A DNA stretch of 64,000 bases from Takakia lepidozioides (Eukaryota > Plantae > Bryophyta). The DNA is taken from assembly GCA_030704615.1 (NCBI GenBank), contig CM060732.1:26164001-26228000 (forward strand). Reading direction: 5' to 3'. The translations under genes and the position numbers were made by a program. Positions 14,701 through 26,669 of the stretch are shown piece by piece; within the stretch, counting starts at the first letter, position 1, and each line of letters begins with the position of its first letter. The notes below the pieces were generated by a model that worked only from the letters and a program-made list of their open reading frames with translations, made no database searches and was not told the DNA's origin.

Positions 14701-15655
14701 AGGAGTTATGAAGGGACAGGAAGGGGGAAGACAGAAACATTTGATAAGATCATGTCTGTGTGTGTGAGAGAGAGCATGTACTCATAAGAGGTTGTTTGGC
14801 ATAGCCTTATGGCCATAGACCCCGTCTAGTACCAAGGGTAGATAGGCCCTTGATCATTGTTAAGGCTCTCTCACCCATGTCAAAAACTGTAAACACTTTC
14901 AGAGAGGTTTTATGCCTAGCTTGGTTTTGTTTGGCATTCTTCGTGCTTCCGACATGGCCTTAGACACTAGCTTCCCAGTCCAGGTCATCAAATAGGGCCA
15001 GTTCTTCCTGCCTAATAAATCTCCTCTACCCTTTTCCAAGAAATATCTTAGGGTCTCCAGGATTAGGCATGCAATTCAACTGCCCCACCATCTGACCTTG
15101 AACTCATCACATCAAGAGCTCAAGGACGGTATCCCATACTTGCCCTGAACCGCCACGTTAGCTGTTCTAGAGCATGCTGGCATGCTCTCTTTCAGCACGG
15201 AAAGTAGAATGGATTCTAAAGTTTTATTATGGTTGGAGTTGCCATCCCACACGGCAGATGCATACTCCAAGGTAGGCCTAATAACATTGCAAAGCATGGT
15301 GGATTTAACTACAGTATTAAGCTCTGGAAAATTTGAGTGAGACCCAAAGCTTTGCGCTTAGCTGTTTGAACCACTTTTCGTGTATGCGCATCCCAGGTAG
15401 AATGGCAAATACAAATATGGTGAGAGGCAGAGAAGGAGCCTCAGGACAGTAACTAGTCTTTCCGTTTTTATTTGAAGGCATCAGTTTTGAGTGGGCATTT
15501 GTCAAGTGAAGGTCAGTATCTCATTTTCTGTGACCTGGATTGGTCTGTAGGACTCATTGGAGGAGGTGTTTGCAAGTGGCACCAATGGGAGTGCTGGCAC
15601 GGATGGGTCACTACAAAAGAGAAGCAAGCGGTCAAAGAGGAAACGGGCCGCTTGA
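8789..15655 (+). CDS. ALB3: Thylakoid membrane insertase ALBINO3 (YidC/Oxa1 family). Exons 8789-9241, 9524-9634, 10042-10116, 10441-10501, 10738-10811, 11467-11571, 11906-12013, 12584-12687, 13900-14079, 14453-14690, 15551-15655
   Basis: GT-AG exons join in phase to give HVPYAYGFAIILLT, VESTLAMQNLQPKIKAIQQRY, AGVNPLAGCLPTLAT, EGFFWIPSL, KFLPLMIGYFALSVPSGLSLYWLTNNVLSTAQQ. The C-terminal AKRS and KRSKRSKRKR motifs (cpSRP43-binding) favour ALB3 over ALB4. Confidence 0.95.
13250..13840 (+). mobile_element. 5'-truncated RTE/RTEX-like LINE 3' fragment in ALB3 intron 8
   Basis: LKFKLRAGGLPL...CPMCGQPEDNIHFL Zn-knuckle remnant followed by the family 3' end CTATGGCCACAAGGCTACGGCAAACATCGTCTTATGAGTAC. 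Confidence 0.7.
14775..15330 (-). mobile_element. LINE fragment of the same 3'-end family, antisense, in ALB3 intron 10
   Basis: VIRPTLEYASAVW post-RT motif; reverse complement of 14778-14822 matches the 3' end at 13795-13835. Confidence 0.7.
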
Positions 15656-16866
15656 GGTCATTTGTGATTTGTTTTGAGACCGCCTAGTGTGACTGAATTT
15701 CTCATAGAACCATTTCAGGATTGGTGAAAGTGGTGAATGGTTTTTTTCAAACCTCACCCTCTTGGCAAGTTGCAAGTGTCGTCTACTTAGTATTTTTCAA
15801 GGTAATCTTAGATCTTACACTCAAATAGGGCCAGTGAGCTATTCTAATTGTACACCCTCAGTGATAGGAGGGTGGTTCAGTGCTGCTGTGTTGCGTAATT
15901 GAGGTGCTTTGTGCACAGTTGTCAATAACTAAAAGACTCGTTGTCAAAAGTTCTCTGGTTATACTTCTGGAGTCTCATTTTCTTTGTTCGGAGGAGGATA
16001 TTTGTGTATATCTTCAGGCCCATATGAGTTGGTGCACTTGTCCCTGCTGTACACATTTTTTCCTTTTTGGTCCACCTCATTGGGACGGGCAATCAATCTT
16101 CCATGGTAAAGCAATAAAAATGAGGACATCAGCATTGTGTAGAGTGAATTGGTGAGGAAGGCCAAGAGATGCGGGCTTCTGTAGACAAATGACTCGTGTT
16201 AAGATGTGGTTGTGCTCTGTTTCGGTTCATTACAGAAGCAGAACACATGGATAGAAGCAGGCTAAGCAAGATGTTGCCAGTTTTCGGAAACATCTCGCAT
16301 GTACACTTCCATAAATGAACTGGGTGAAGCTTCTTTTATCAATAAAGCAAGATTTTGATGGATGGCAAGTGAGTTCTTGAGGAAGATTGGCAACAAGAAA
16401 TTAGATTCAGCAAATGTAGTTTTGCCTTTACTGTTGATTTGGCAACCATAAACTTTAAAGGCATGAGGGAGGACTGTGTGGTATTCACTTGTGGGTTCAC
16501 TTGCAACCAACACATGGCAGACATGCTTGGATGAAGGCCAGGCATAGAGAGGTGCACAAATATGAGAAACCACTCGGCTGATTCTATGATACTGTGCTAA
16601 ATTTCAATCTACTTTATGCATTAACACCGTATGGAATCCCGCGGTAACCGTTACACCATGTTTTCCTACCATAAATTAGATGTGCATAGCAATTTTGAAG
16701 TTGTAGTATGATGTCAAAGTTGTTGCCTTTTTTTTTTCCCCTTTTGGTGGGGGGCGGAAGTGAATCTGCCCAAAAAATAAAAAATGAGAGGAAGGGAGGG
16801 AAAAGTGGAAGGAAAGGAGACCCGGAAAGAGAGAGAGAGAGACAAGGAAGAGGTGGGCGATGAGCC

Positions 16867-19800
16867 ATGAAGCAGCTGCTGAGGGGCACTCAATTCTTGC
16901 GACCTTCTACAGCGCTGCAGCTGCGCATTGCCTGCTCTGAAGCTTTGCGTGGGATAAACAGTTCGGTGTCCGCATCTGCCAAGGATTATAGCGCGGTGCC
17001 CTGTTCGCTAGTTGCAAGGGAGCCGATTACAATGGGGATGACGCCTTCGATTTCTCGGGTATCACCAAAACGAAGTCTCAGGAGAGATGGATCACATGGG
17101 TGCGCTGCAATGCAGCGGCAGGGAGTAGGGTTGGGCAACGCGGACATGGCGGGTGAAGTGGAGGGGGGCCTGGAGGAGCCAGCAGCTGGCTTGGGGCAGG
17201 TGACTTCCTGCTTCGGTGATGCAGGGGACGAAGGGGGTAAGGTTGGAAGTAAGGGAGGGGAGGATTTGAGCTTGCCGCCGGCCGGTGCAGACCTTGGTGA
17301 TAATGTGCTGGAATTCAAGCAGACTAGTGAGAGAGTGTTGGCCGGGCCATTGGAGCCAGCAGCTGGATTAGGTCAGGCCTCTTCCTCCGTGGGTCGTGGA
17401 GAACATGAAGCTGGTAAGGTCGGTAGTGGGGCAGCTGGAGTTGTGAACTTGCCCCTGGCCGGTGGAGACGGTGGTGATAAGAAGCAGGAGGTGAGGTTCC
17501 AACTGACAGATTCTTGCTCTCTGGTTCTTCATCGAGGGGACATAACCAAATGGCACGTTGATGGGAAGACTGATGCGATTGTAAGCCCTTACTTCTTTGA
17601 TTCTTAGGAAGAAATATAGGACTGCTTCTTGTGCCCTAGGTTATGTTAGACATTCCTTATTGTCAACTTGCTTGCTTTAGGTCTATTAGTGAGGACCGGG
17701 ACATCTCAGATGTGGTTGGCCATTCATGCAGGTCAATGCAGCCAATGAAAGGATGCTTGGAGGGGGAGGAGTTGATGGAGGTCTGTATCGCGCCCTTTAT
17801 TTTGTCTGTGATAAGTGCTATTGTCAATAGTTATGTTTACAGAGTGTACGTGAAGGCGTTGCTGGCTGGTTTATATTATTTTTTCGTTGATTCTGTGTTT
17901 GTAAATTTTGGCATCCTTGCATGTGGTTCATCTATGAAACTGACATCCATGGATCCACATTTCAAATTGTATCTTCCATGCAATTTTCTTTGGTGCTGGT
18001 ATGTGTGTTTATGGAATGAATCCTCTGCATGGAAGACCAATGCAATCATGAGTTGCACTGTCCCTGACCTTGCCGTTTTGTTGGTTAATTTGTGTTAATT
18101 CTTTGTAAATCATTTCATGCATACATGTGGTTCATCTTTGGACGTCACATTATGAATAAACATTGTATTCTGCATGTGATTTTCTTTGGTTCCAATCTAT
18201 GTATCCTCTGTATGGAAGACCCAATAACAATGGCTTGGTCCTGGAAACCCGAAGATCGAGGTGTGTCTTCCCGTTTTGGTACAGGAACTCATTACTTCTG
18301 CATCCTATGTCAGAAACTGATGAAGTCACAGGGAGTTATAACAGCTGGTCATTGTTATACATGAGAGTTAATTCATCTCATATTCTTAGATTGACCTTGT
18401 AAGTTATGAGATAGTATTCTTTGTGGTTTTCTTCCTCTTGTATTATTTTCCTCTTCTGTGTGGCTTCCCTTGATGTTTTCTCCTGGTACCTATGTTTTCA
18501 TCTTTGAAAGCTGTTCTTCACATTGGATGTGACTATCTCATTTTGGTCTTTGGTTACCTCTTAAATGTGAGTTGAGAGTTTACTAGGCTGTCATATTGAT
18601 AAATATATTGAATGCACTCGGCCAAACCAGTCAGAAATCCTACCTACTGTCACGGTAAAATCAGATCTAATTGCCACCTGTTACTGTCTCGTACATGGAG
18701 GATTATGTTGTGGGGTAACTTGACATTGCACATGCTATGATGCACTGACTTTCTTTGGCTGAACCTGGGCAGCATATTCTTTAGTGCAGTTTTCCAGTTT
18801 TGTTGAGATGAAGCTGCAGTTTACATATGATTGTTGGTGCATGGGGCATCTGCAGCAATTCACAGAGCAGCAGGGCGTAAGCTGTTGGATGCATGCCTGA
18901 AGGTGCCCGAAGTGTCAAGAGGTGTACGATGCCCTGTTGGGAAAGCTGTTGTCACTGGGTATGCCTTGTCCGCCTTCATACAGTTTTGAGAAATTGCTGT
19001 TTTTTGGTGGGAGAGTAGTAAGTTTATACACATGCATTTCTGGTAACAAGAACCTCCTCTGCAATGTGCAGGGGATTCAACTTACCATCATCTCGGGTCA
19101 TTCATACGGTGGGACCCATCTACTCCAAGGCAAATGCCCCTCAGGAGCTTCTGGCCAAAGCCTATAAGTAAGAGAATTGTGTTGCATCTTCATGTCTTGT
19201 TATAGTTTTTCAGTAAGAAGAGGATGAGTTTGTGATGGCACATGCCTACACCCAAAGAAAATGGTTATGTTGGGTATCTCGGGGTCTTTTATAGATTATG
19301 AATATCGAAGTGCATTCCTTTGCACATACTTGGATGTAGGTTGCATCATGGGTGATGTTTGCAGCTTAATGGGAAGATGAGTGCAGGAACTCTGTCGCGG
19401 CTGCTGTTGAAGCAGGTGTAAAATACATTGCCTTTCCTGCCATTTCATGTGGTGTTTATGGGTAAGCCATGTTTCCCCACTCTTTAGTTTCTGCATGAGA
19501 ATGCTGGGTGTGGGACTTGTCAGTTTGAACTGGGAAGGTTTGTAAGCAGATGTGAAAGGGTCCAAATTGAGAGGGTGATATAGTAGGCCCAACGAGCAGG
19601 TTGTGGTTGGGAGCACTGTCAGATCCTGACTATTTTCTCCCCGGTCTTTTACTGAGACTGCACAAGAATACCAGGTGTGGAGCTTGTCATTCGGAAGGGG
19701 AGGTTTTTAAGCAGATGTGAAAGGCTGATACAGTATGCGGTTGGTAGGGAGCTCCAAAATTAGATTCTCATGTGATCTTGGATGACAGGTATCCTTACGA

Positions 19801-20106
19801 AGAAGCAGCACAAGTGGCATTACAAGCACTGCAAGAATCTGGAGCTGGTCTCTTGGAGGTAGCATTGCCTGCCATATTCCTCTTCTTGGGTCGGTTGGCA
19901 AGGATTGTAGCTCCATTTTAATTGATTGCTTTGTTGAGGATTGAAACGCTTGGAATGAGGGAGGTTTGTTGTGTGACACAGTCTTGCTTGCATAGCTGAT
20001 ACTCTTTGGAGACATTTTGCAGGTTCACTTTGTGTTCTCTTTGGTGGATCCATGGAAGGCCTGGCTTGCCAAAGCAGACCAACTCATACAATCTTGGAGT
20101 ACATGA
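16867..20106 (+). CDS. MacroD-type macrodomain protein (ADP-ribose binding/hydrolase) with N-terminal extension. Exons 16867-17580, 17732-17780, 18856-18958, 19072-19166, 19387-19461, 19789-19858, 20023-20106
   Basis: Spliced product has GDITKW, DAIVNAAN, GGGGVDGAIHRAAG, VIHTVGPIY and IAFPAISCGVYGYP motifs; splice phases are consistent. Confidence 0.93.
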
Positions 20107-21106
20107 CTTCAATGCACCGACAGCGCATTCTCATTGTAGCATATTGACCGTAGGCACAATCAGCATAGGCCCCCTCAAAGACTTAAGTACAAAAAGTCAT
20201 TAGATTACTGTTGGGATCGAAGGACCAACTACATTTGTTGGTCATTAATATAGGGATAGGTCATGTATAGGTCTTCATCTAAATGAAGGTAGAAATAGCA
20301 TGGGCCAAGGAGTGAAATAAGCCAGAAGTGCAGTGGATGATTTGGTTCTCACACAATTTTGACCTTTTAAGACATTACCCTTTATATGTTTCTGTTTTTG
20401 AGCCCGAGCTTGTGTTTTCTGCTCTGATTGCTCAAACAAGTATCAGTGAAGTGTCGGACATGGTGCAATAAGTCCTTGCCTTCTTGCAAGATTGGTGAAT
20501 TGCATGTTGGACCCTGCAAATCATGAGAGGAAAGTAAGCTTCAAGCAAGTGATAGGTATAGAAACTTTCAAAAACTGTTTGCAATTGAAGCAACAAACTC
20601 TCAAGAGCAAGAGACTGCAGGGTGATGCATGAGCAAGCATTTTGGTGTGGTCATTTTTTCGGATTTGATCCTTCACTTGCACCGGTTGCCCATGCAAGTA
20701 GAACCTCCAAATCCTATCCCTATGGCTTGCGCTGAGATTGCAAGGTGTTGCAAATTAGACAATCCCCATCTTACTTGAAGCTGCATTGAAGCCCACAGAA
20801 AGACAGCCTCAAGAACTGAAAAGGCTGAACCACGTGTGTTGTGTTCCCCATCACAGTGTACAGTTGCCCACAGAGAGGAAGGCAGCAAAGCGCTGACGTG
20901 CCTTGTGGTTGTGGCTGCTGGAGCTAACCCGCCACTCCCGCGTGGTCTCCCAACTGCTCATCCACCACTCACAACGCCACGCTGGGAGCAGTTGAGGTGC
21001 TCTTTAGAGAGCTGCTGCAGTCTAAAAATTGAGCTACAGTGGGCATATCAAAGTGTTCTCTCTCCAAGGTCTCTTTGCCAAGCCCAGAGGAACACACTGG
21101 TCGGAC

Positions 21107-23207
21107 ATGGAGCTGGTGGGGCGCTTACAAGGGTTACAAGGGAAGCAGAGTAGTATCTACACCATCGTGGCTCCTGTTCAGGCTTTTGTGCCTTCCGGGT
21201 CGAGCTTGTCTGATTCTCTAGCAAATAGGAATGTAAGCTTCTGTACACCCCAATCAGTTTCAGGTGGGTTCCTTTTGGAAGGTTTCTCTCTGGTATCTAC
21301 TGCGACGAAACAGTTACACCAGCGGAGTAGTAACGAAGGATTGGCAAGAAGAAGGAAGGGTGTAGTCCGGGCAATAACACCAGGTGCAGCTGAGCAAGGA
21401 ACATCAAGCAGCAGTCAACCTTCCTCGGACGTATTGGGTGCGTTGTTGTCTCATGGTCATGTCGTCTTTTGACTGTTTACAGCGGAATCTGTCTTTCGTA
21501 TTGCGACTTTGGTAACTCTGTGGCATCATTTTGCACGGACACCTTGCTGAGTAGATATATTGTGTATCTTTATGTCCATCTGTACGGAAGATGTGGGCAA
21601 TTCAGAGGTGTCTCGCAATCTTGTGGGCTTGTTGGGAGGTGATTTGGTGGTGCATTCTGCTCGTGTGGTTGTCAAACACCAGTGGGTTGTCGCAAGAGGG
21701 CAAAGTGTTGGGGGTTCTGTGGTTTCAGCGCGCCCTGAAGTAAAGTCGGACATGTACCTGTAAGTGGTGATAGACACACCACAAGTGGTAAGGAAGACAA
21801 TTGAGAAGGAGAGTATGCTTGCTTGACAGGGCCTGCTGCACAAGCGCACTTGGATCTGTTGGAGCGCTTCACCTCCCGGAACTCTTTTTTGGACTCTGGT
21901 TCGTTTCCTGCTTCTCCTTTTGTACGCCACCTCTTACTTTGGTCTATCATCCTAGATGCAGGCTCTCTCTCCCTCTCTCTTGTGGCCCACAGGGCCTTGC
22001 GGGTTCATACTGTGTTACAGGGAGTGTGTATCTTACAAGCAATGTGCCCTCTCTGGGAAGTTCAAAAGTGACTGTCACAGCACTGTTTCATTCATTGTTT
22101 CATAGTGGGGAGCATCAAATACTCCCTTCGTTGTAAAATATGGAACTATGTGGAGGAAGATAGAACTTATCAAGGAAGCACTCACTGGTCACTGGTCTGG
22201 CATCCATTTTAGCCCCGTCTTGCCCCCCACTCTTCGTCTTTTCTGCCTAAGCATCTCATATCAGAAGAACAGTCTCACCTCATTGTGGAGTTACCTACAC
22301 CAAGTCCACTCCAGGTTATGAGAAGTCCATCCTTTGGCACATTTGGAATCATGAATCAAGCAGCTGCTTTGTCTTTTTACTACCAAACTCGGTGGGGATT
22401 CCTTTACTTTTCTAAGCATATATTTTTTTGAATACCCATTAAATATTGTTAACTCATTGTATAACATACATGCTTGAGGCTGAGCTTATTCTCCCATGCA
22501 ACATGCAGTGGCAATTCTGCAACATAAAAATATTTGTGAGTGATTCAAAGTTACGGTATTCAGCAGTACAAAGAGATGAAAACATGAGAAGAGTTAGCGG
22601 GCTGTGGAAGGCCTTTGTCTTGAAATGTCAATGTTCAAAGAAGTTATAGCCAGAGTGAAGCTCCTCGGCTAAAGTGTGAAGGTTGCAATTTTCCTGGCCT
22701 TTTGATGATGAGATGCTGATATGATCTCATCCATGTCCAGCTCAACCTGGTTTTCCAGTGGACTGAAAAGGAATTGAAGTGCTGATGTGTCACTGCATAG
22801 CATGTTGAAGTCACTAGTAAAGGAAACTTCTATCGGTGTAGGGAGGGTGGCACGTCATTCAACAGGAGTGAAATTTTGTCAACCTAGTAACAAGTCTAGA
22901 AAGCTGAAGCTTGCTAATGTGGGCAGGCAAGGAAGGGAAGACGATTGGAGAGCAGCTGAGTAGCCAATATGAAGTAGAGGGGCAGGAGGTGAGTGTGCCA
23001 TTGGGGACCCTGGAAAAGAGCAGCAGCAACCAGGAGCCGCTCACCATATCACAGAAGCGCAATATTCGGCGCCAAGATTACTTGAATAAGGTGGCCAATC
23101 GCAATGATGCACCTTTGTTTGCAACTATAGCAGCGGCCGTACTGCTTCCTCCTTTCTGTATACTAGGGATTGCAGTAGCATCAGGCTATATTGACCTCCT
23201 TCCATGA
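21107..23207 (+). CDS. Small protein of unknown function with transit-peptide-like N-terminus and C-terminal TM helix. Exons 21107-21437, 22927-23207
   Basis: S/R-rich N-terminus ending VVRA; phase-1 GT-AG intron joins to KRNIRRQDYLNKVANRNDAPLFATIAAAVLLPPFCILGIAVASGYIDLLP. Confidence 0.75.
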
Positions 23208-24600
23208 GTTGTTGTTTGCACCATGATTCTTTGACTTGATTTGTTGCCTCTGATTTCGTCCGTGATGTTTCTTCACCACGACGGGTCATAGCTTCTGGGG
23301 TGTCTGAGTTTTTGACGAGCGTGTTGCCAAAGATCTATAACATGATCCAGCTATCGACATAGTTCACTACTTCAGGTTCTGCAGATTTTGCCATTTATGG
23401 GTCTGCAGGTTCTGATGACATGGTACTGAGGGCCTTTGGTAGTAGGCAGTTTTAGCAGATTGGGCCAAGGCTGATGAAGGACAAGTGTTCCACGTTTTGT
23501 AACTTAAGCTGTACGATAAGTTCACTACAAGTGAGCTGCCAATTTGGATGTAGGGCTCAACCATTTGAGCTGTTATGTTGTGTTCATGTGCATCATCCTA
23601 GGACTTACAAGATGGTTCCCAGGGAATTGTGATTGTGACATACTCTTTGACATACCACAGAATGCTCAAAGCTTGGGGGGATCCTGTGAGGTAGATTATT
23701 GAACTCCCACGCAGCCACCCGCAATTATATCATGGCTTGACGACAGGCGCAACTTGGCCATCGGGTTTTACAAGGCTACACATCTGTGTTTGACTGGCAG
23801 TTCCTCAACCACACTTGAGTTGTTTTGACATATTGTTTGAAGTATATGAGTTGCGCAGGGAGATTGATTGAGTCCATCAATAACTATTTACAGTTCATAA
23901 TCAGATTTGAGATGGCAAATTAACTCCCAACTGCCAAGTCTTTTCCCACTCTTTCCAGCAATCTGTAACCTCTGGAGATGGATCTTCCCAGCTTTGTGGA
24001 TCCAAAAAAAATATTGGACATTTGGACCATCCCGGGCAAAAAATGAAAGTAAAACCTACCTGTTTTACCAATGACTAAAAATTTGTGATTGCGGGTGAGA
24101 ACTTAATTTCCCTGTATCCTGCCTGTCACTGACTCCTACCCATATCAGCAAAAAATGCAGTACTTAGGTTCTTTATCAGTTTGGCCATCATCTTCAGGAA
24201 AGCAGTGCAATAGCCTTCATGCCTAGAGAATCTGAAGATTCTAAACCAGTCCAACTCTTTTGGTATTGATACTGAGTGTAGATAGAGAATCCATTTGAGG
24301 TGCGGGTTCCTTTGTATTCTACTCAACCAAGTGGATTTATGGAATGTGAACTTGTAGATTCCTCAGATGCGGTGAGTGAGAAGTGAACGGCATGGATGAT
24401 AAGTCGACCATGTGGTAACTTGATCCTGCACCTGAAATGGAACCACTGGGATGCCGAGGTGAGATTTGAGGGGAGCTCTGACAGGCTGGAATCTCCAGCG
24501 GCCTAGCGGTTCCACATCTCCTAAGTTAATCCATTTCATCCTTTGTATTCAACTCACGGTTTACCGAATGGAATGATTTCTGGAATTTGAGGGTAGATTC

Positions 24601-25107
24601 CAGTGTTGGACTGGTATATAGGTGAAGGACTGGTATAAAGTACTGGTATATGCACTGGTATTAGATACCAGACCAGTCTGGTATCGTTTATGAGAGTACT
24701 TGGTCATATACCAGACCAGGCTGGTATCAGTTTTTTCATACCAGCCACAATACCAGTACTCCCCAGCAGTCTACCTCATTTACTCTGGTATGTGTACCAT
24801 ATTAATTTATGTGTACAATTTCCTATACATTTATATTTATGTATATCTACTTCTAAAGCCATCTTGAATTACAAGTTTATCAAATAACAAATATCAAGTG
24901 AAAATAAATACAATACACATAAAGGATGATACCAGAGTTGATACCTCATACCAGCTGGTATTGTGGTCATGATACTCATACTCTTACCAGTATTTGGACA
25001 AATATACATCCACCATTATGTAGACCAGACTGGTATGAAAACTTTGTGATACGTCTGGTACCAGGACCAGTCTGGTATGTAAAAAACTTGATACCAGTCC
25101 AACACTG
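24601..25107. mobile_element. hAT MITE (507 bp)
   Basis: Perfect 17-bp TIR CAGTGTTGGACTGGTAT / ATACCAGTCCAACACTG; perfect 8-bp TSD GTAGATTC (24593-24600, 25108-25115); many CTGGTAT/ATACCAG subterminal repeats. Confidence 0.95.
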
Positions 25108-25624
25108 GTAGATTCCCGTGTTGGGTGGATTTATGTAAAACCAAAAGTTCTTAATAACCCGAACTGGCGGATACCAAAAATAGTTAATAAGGGTAGATTC
25201 CTCAGAGTTCATGAGTAAGAATTGAACGATCCTCTCTGCAATATTTTTCCAGGAGCCTTCCCCCGTGCAGCCAAGTGGTTCCACTACGAAATCCATTTCA
25301 GCCACAGGATCAAGTTACTACATCAGCAAGTCAAGTCAGGGAACAACACTAGACAGACATAAGTAGCACTAGAGCAGGTAGCCCAGCGGTTGGGGGTTTG
25401 TGCCTTGCCTGTGCATAACCCGGGTGATCCTGAGGCCAGTGGTCCCTCCAGACTCGGAAGACACGACGTAGGTTTATGCATCCTTCCGGAGGTGCCATCC
25501 TTCCTCCTTGCAGGTCCAAGTTGAATGCGCGTGGGAGGTCACTGGTGCAGGATGGGCCGCCACAGCCCCACTGTCAAATCCCCACCCATCTGCTGCCCGC
25601 CCACGGTCTGCCGATCGAATAAAA

Positions 25625-26035
25625 GTTGAAAAGTAACTAGGGTAGTGGCCCATGTGTGAAGAATTGAAATCCAACACCAAGTGCAATGTCCTACGTATCC
25701 AAGTGAAACCAAGCCGGTGCAACCCTCCTCCTTCTCGAGGGCTTTCCAACGATACCAAACACCAGGGCTGGTCCGCGGTTTGGGATATTTCCACGCTAAA
25801 AACAAAACAATATTTCCACGCTAAAAACAAAACAAAGCAAGCCTACAACGGCGATGGGCTCTCTTGCTTTAAACATAAGAGGAATGTGAGAGTAGGAGCA
25901 TGAGGCAGCACAACACACCAATCGGAGCCTTGACGCGGCGTAAGGTCCTTTGACCACATTTTCTCCATTGACTTGAACATGCAGAGAGCCAACAAACTAA
26001 CTAACAAACAAACTGCCTTGCTTCATATATTGATG
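25625..26035 (-). repeat. Dispersed repeat, same family as 54.9-59.1 kb
   Basis: Reverse complement matches 57850-58190 (GGTCAAAGGACCTTAC, CGTTGGAAAGCCCTCG, GTGCACCGGCTTGGT). Confidence 0.85.
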
Positions 26036-26669
26036 GCGCTGTATGTTGGGCAATTGAATGGATTTAAGGTAGAAAAAGCCCGAGACATTGCATGCATGTC
26101 CCGGGCTATAGAATATTATCTCGAGATTTAGATTCTTTCACTGTATGCCCCTTTTTGCATTCCCAAGTAGGCACCCGATATTCTGCACTGTAGGTCTATT
26201 TGAGAACATCAAGGGGCCAGGTGATAAGAAGAGTGAGGGCAGGAGGATTGGAGCCCAAGACCGGGTCGCTGCTTCCAGCAAAGCGTTTGCAACGCGTGTG
26301 TCAAAGATTCTAGGTGCAGGGGAGGAAGACAAGTGGCAGCGATTGGTGGTAGCAGAGTGGAGGCACCGTGTTCCACATCTCTGGGACCCCCCGACCAACA
26401 AGTCTCTGGCTTTCGCTCTCGCTATCGAGAGCGGCTTCTTCTGCGAAGCTCTTGTGGGTACTGAATGGGTCCCTCTCCGGATCGCATCGAGACTTTTCTT
26501 TCTTTGTTTCTTTGTTTCGGGATGGAGCAAGTATGTAAACGCGATTGTGGAGCTTGTGCTGTGAATTCGGTGTAGTGGCTCCAACTAGCCAGGCGCGTGC
26601 AGGAGACAAGGGCCTACATATACATACATAGAGGCAGACATCCGAAGTGGGAGAGAGACAGAACGAGAT

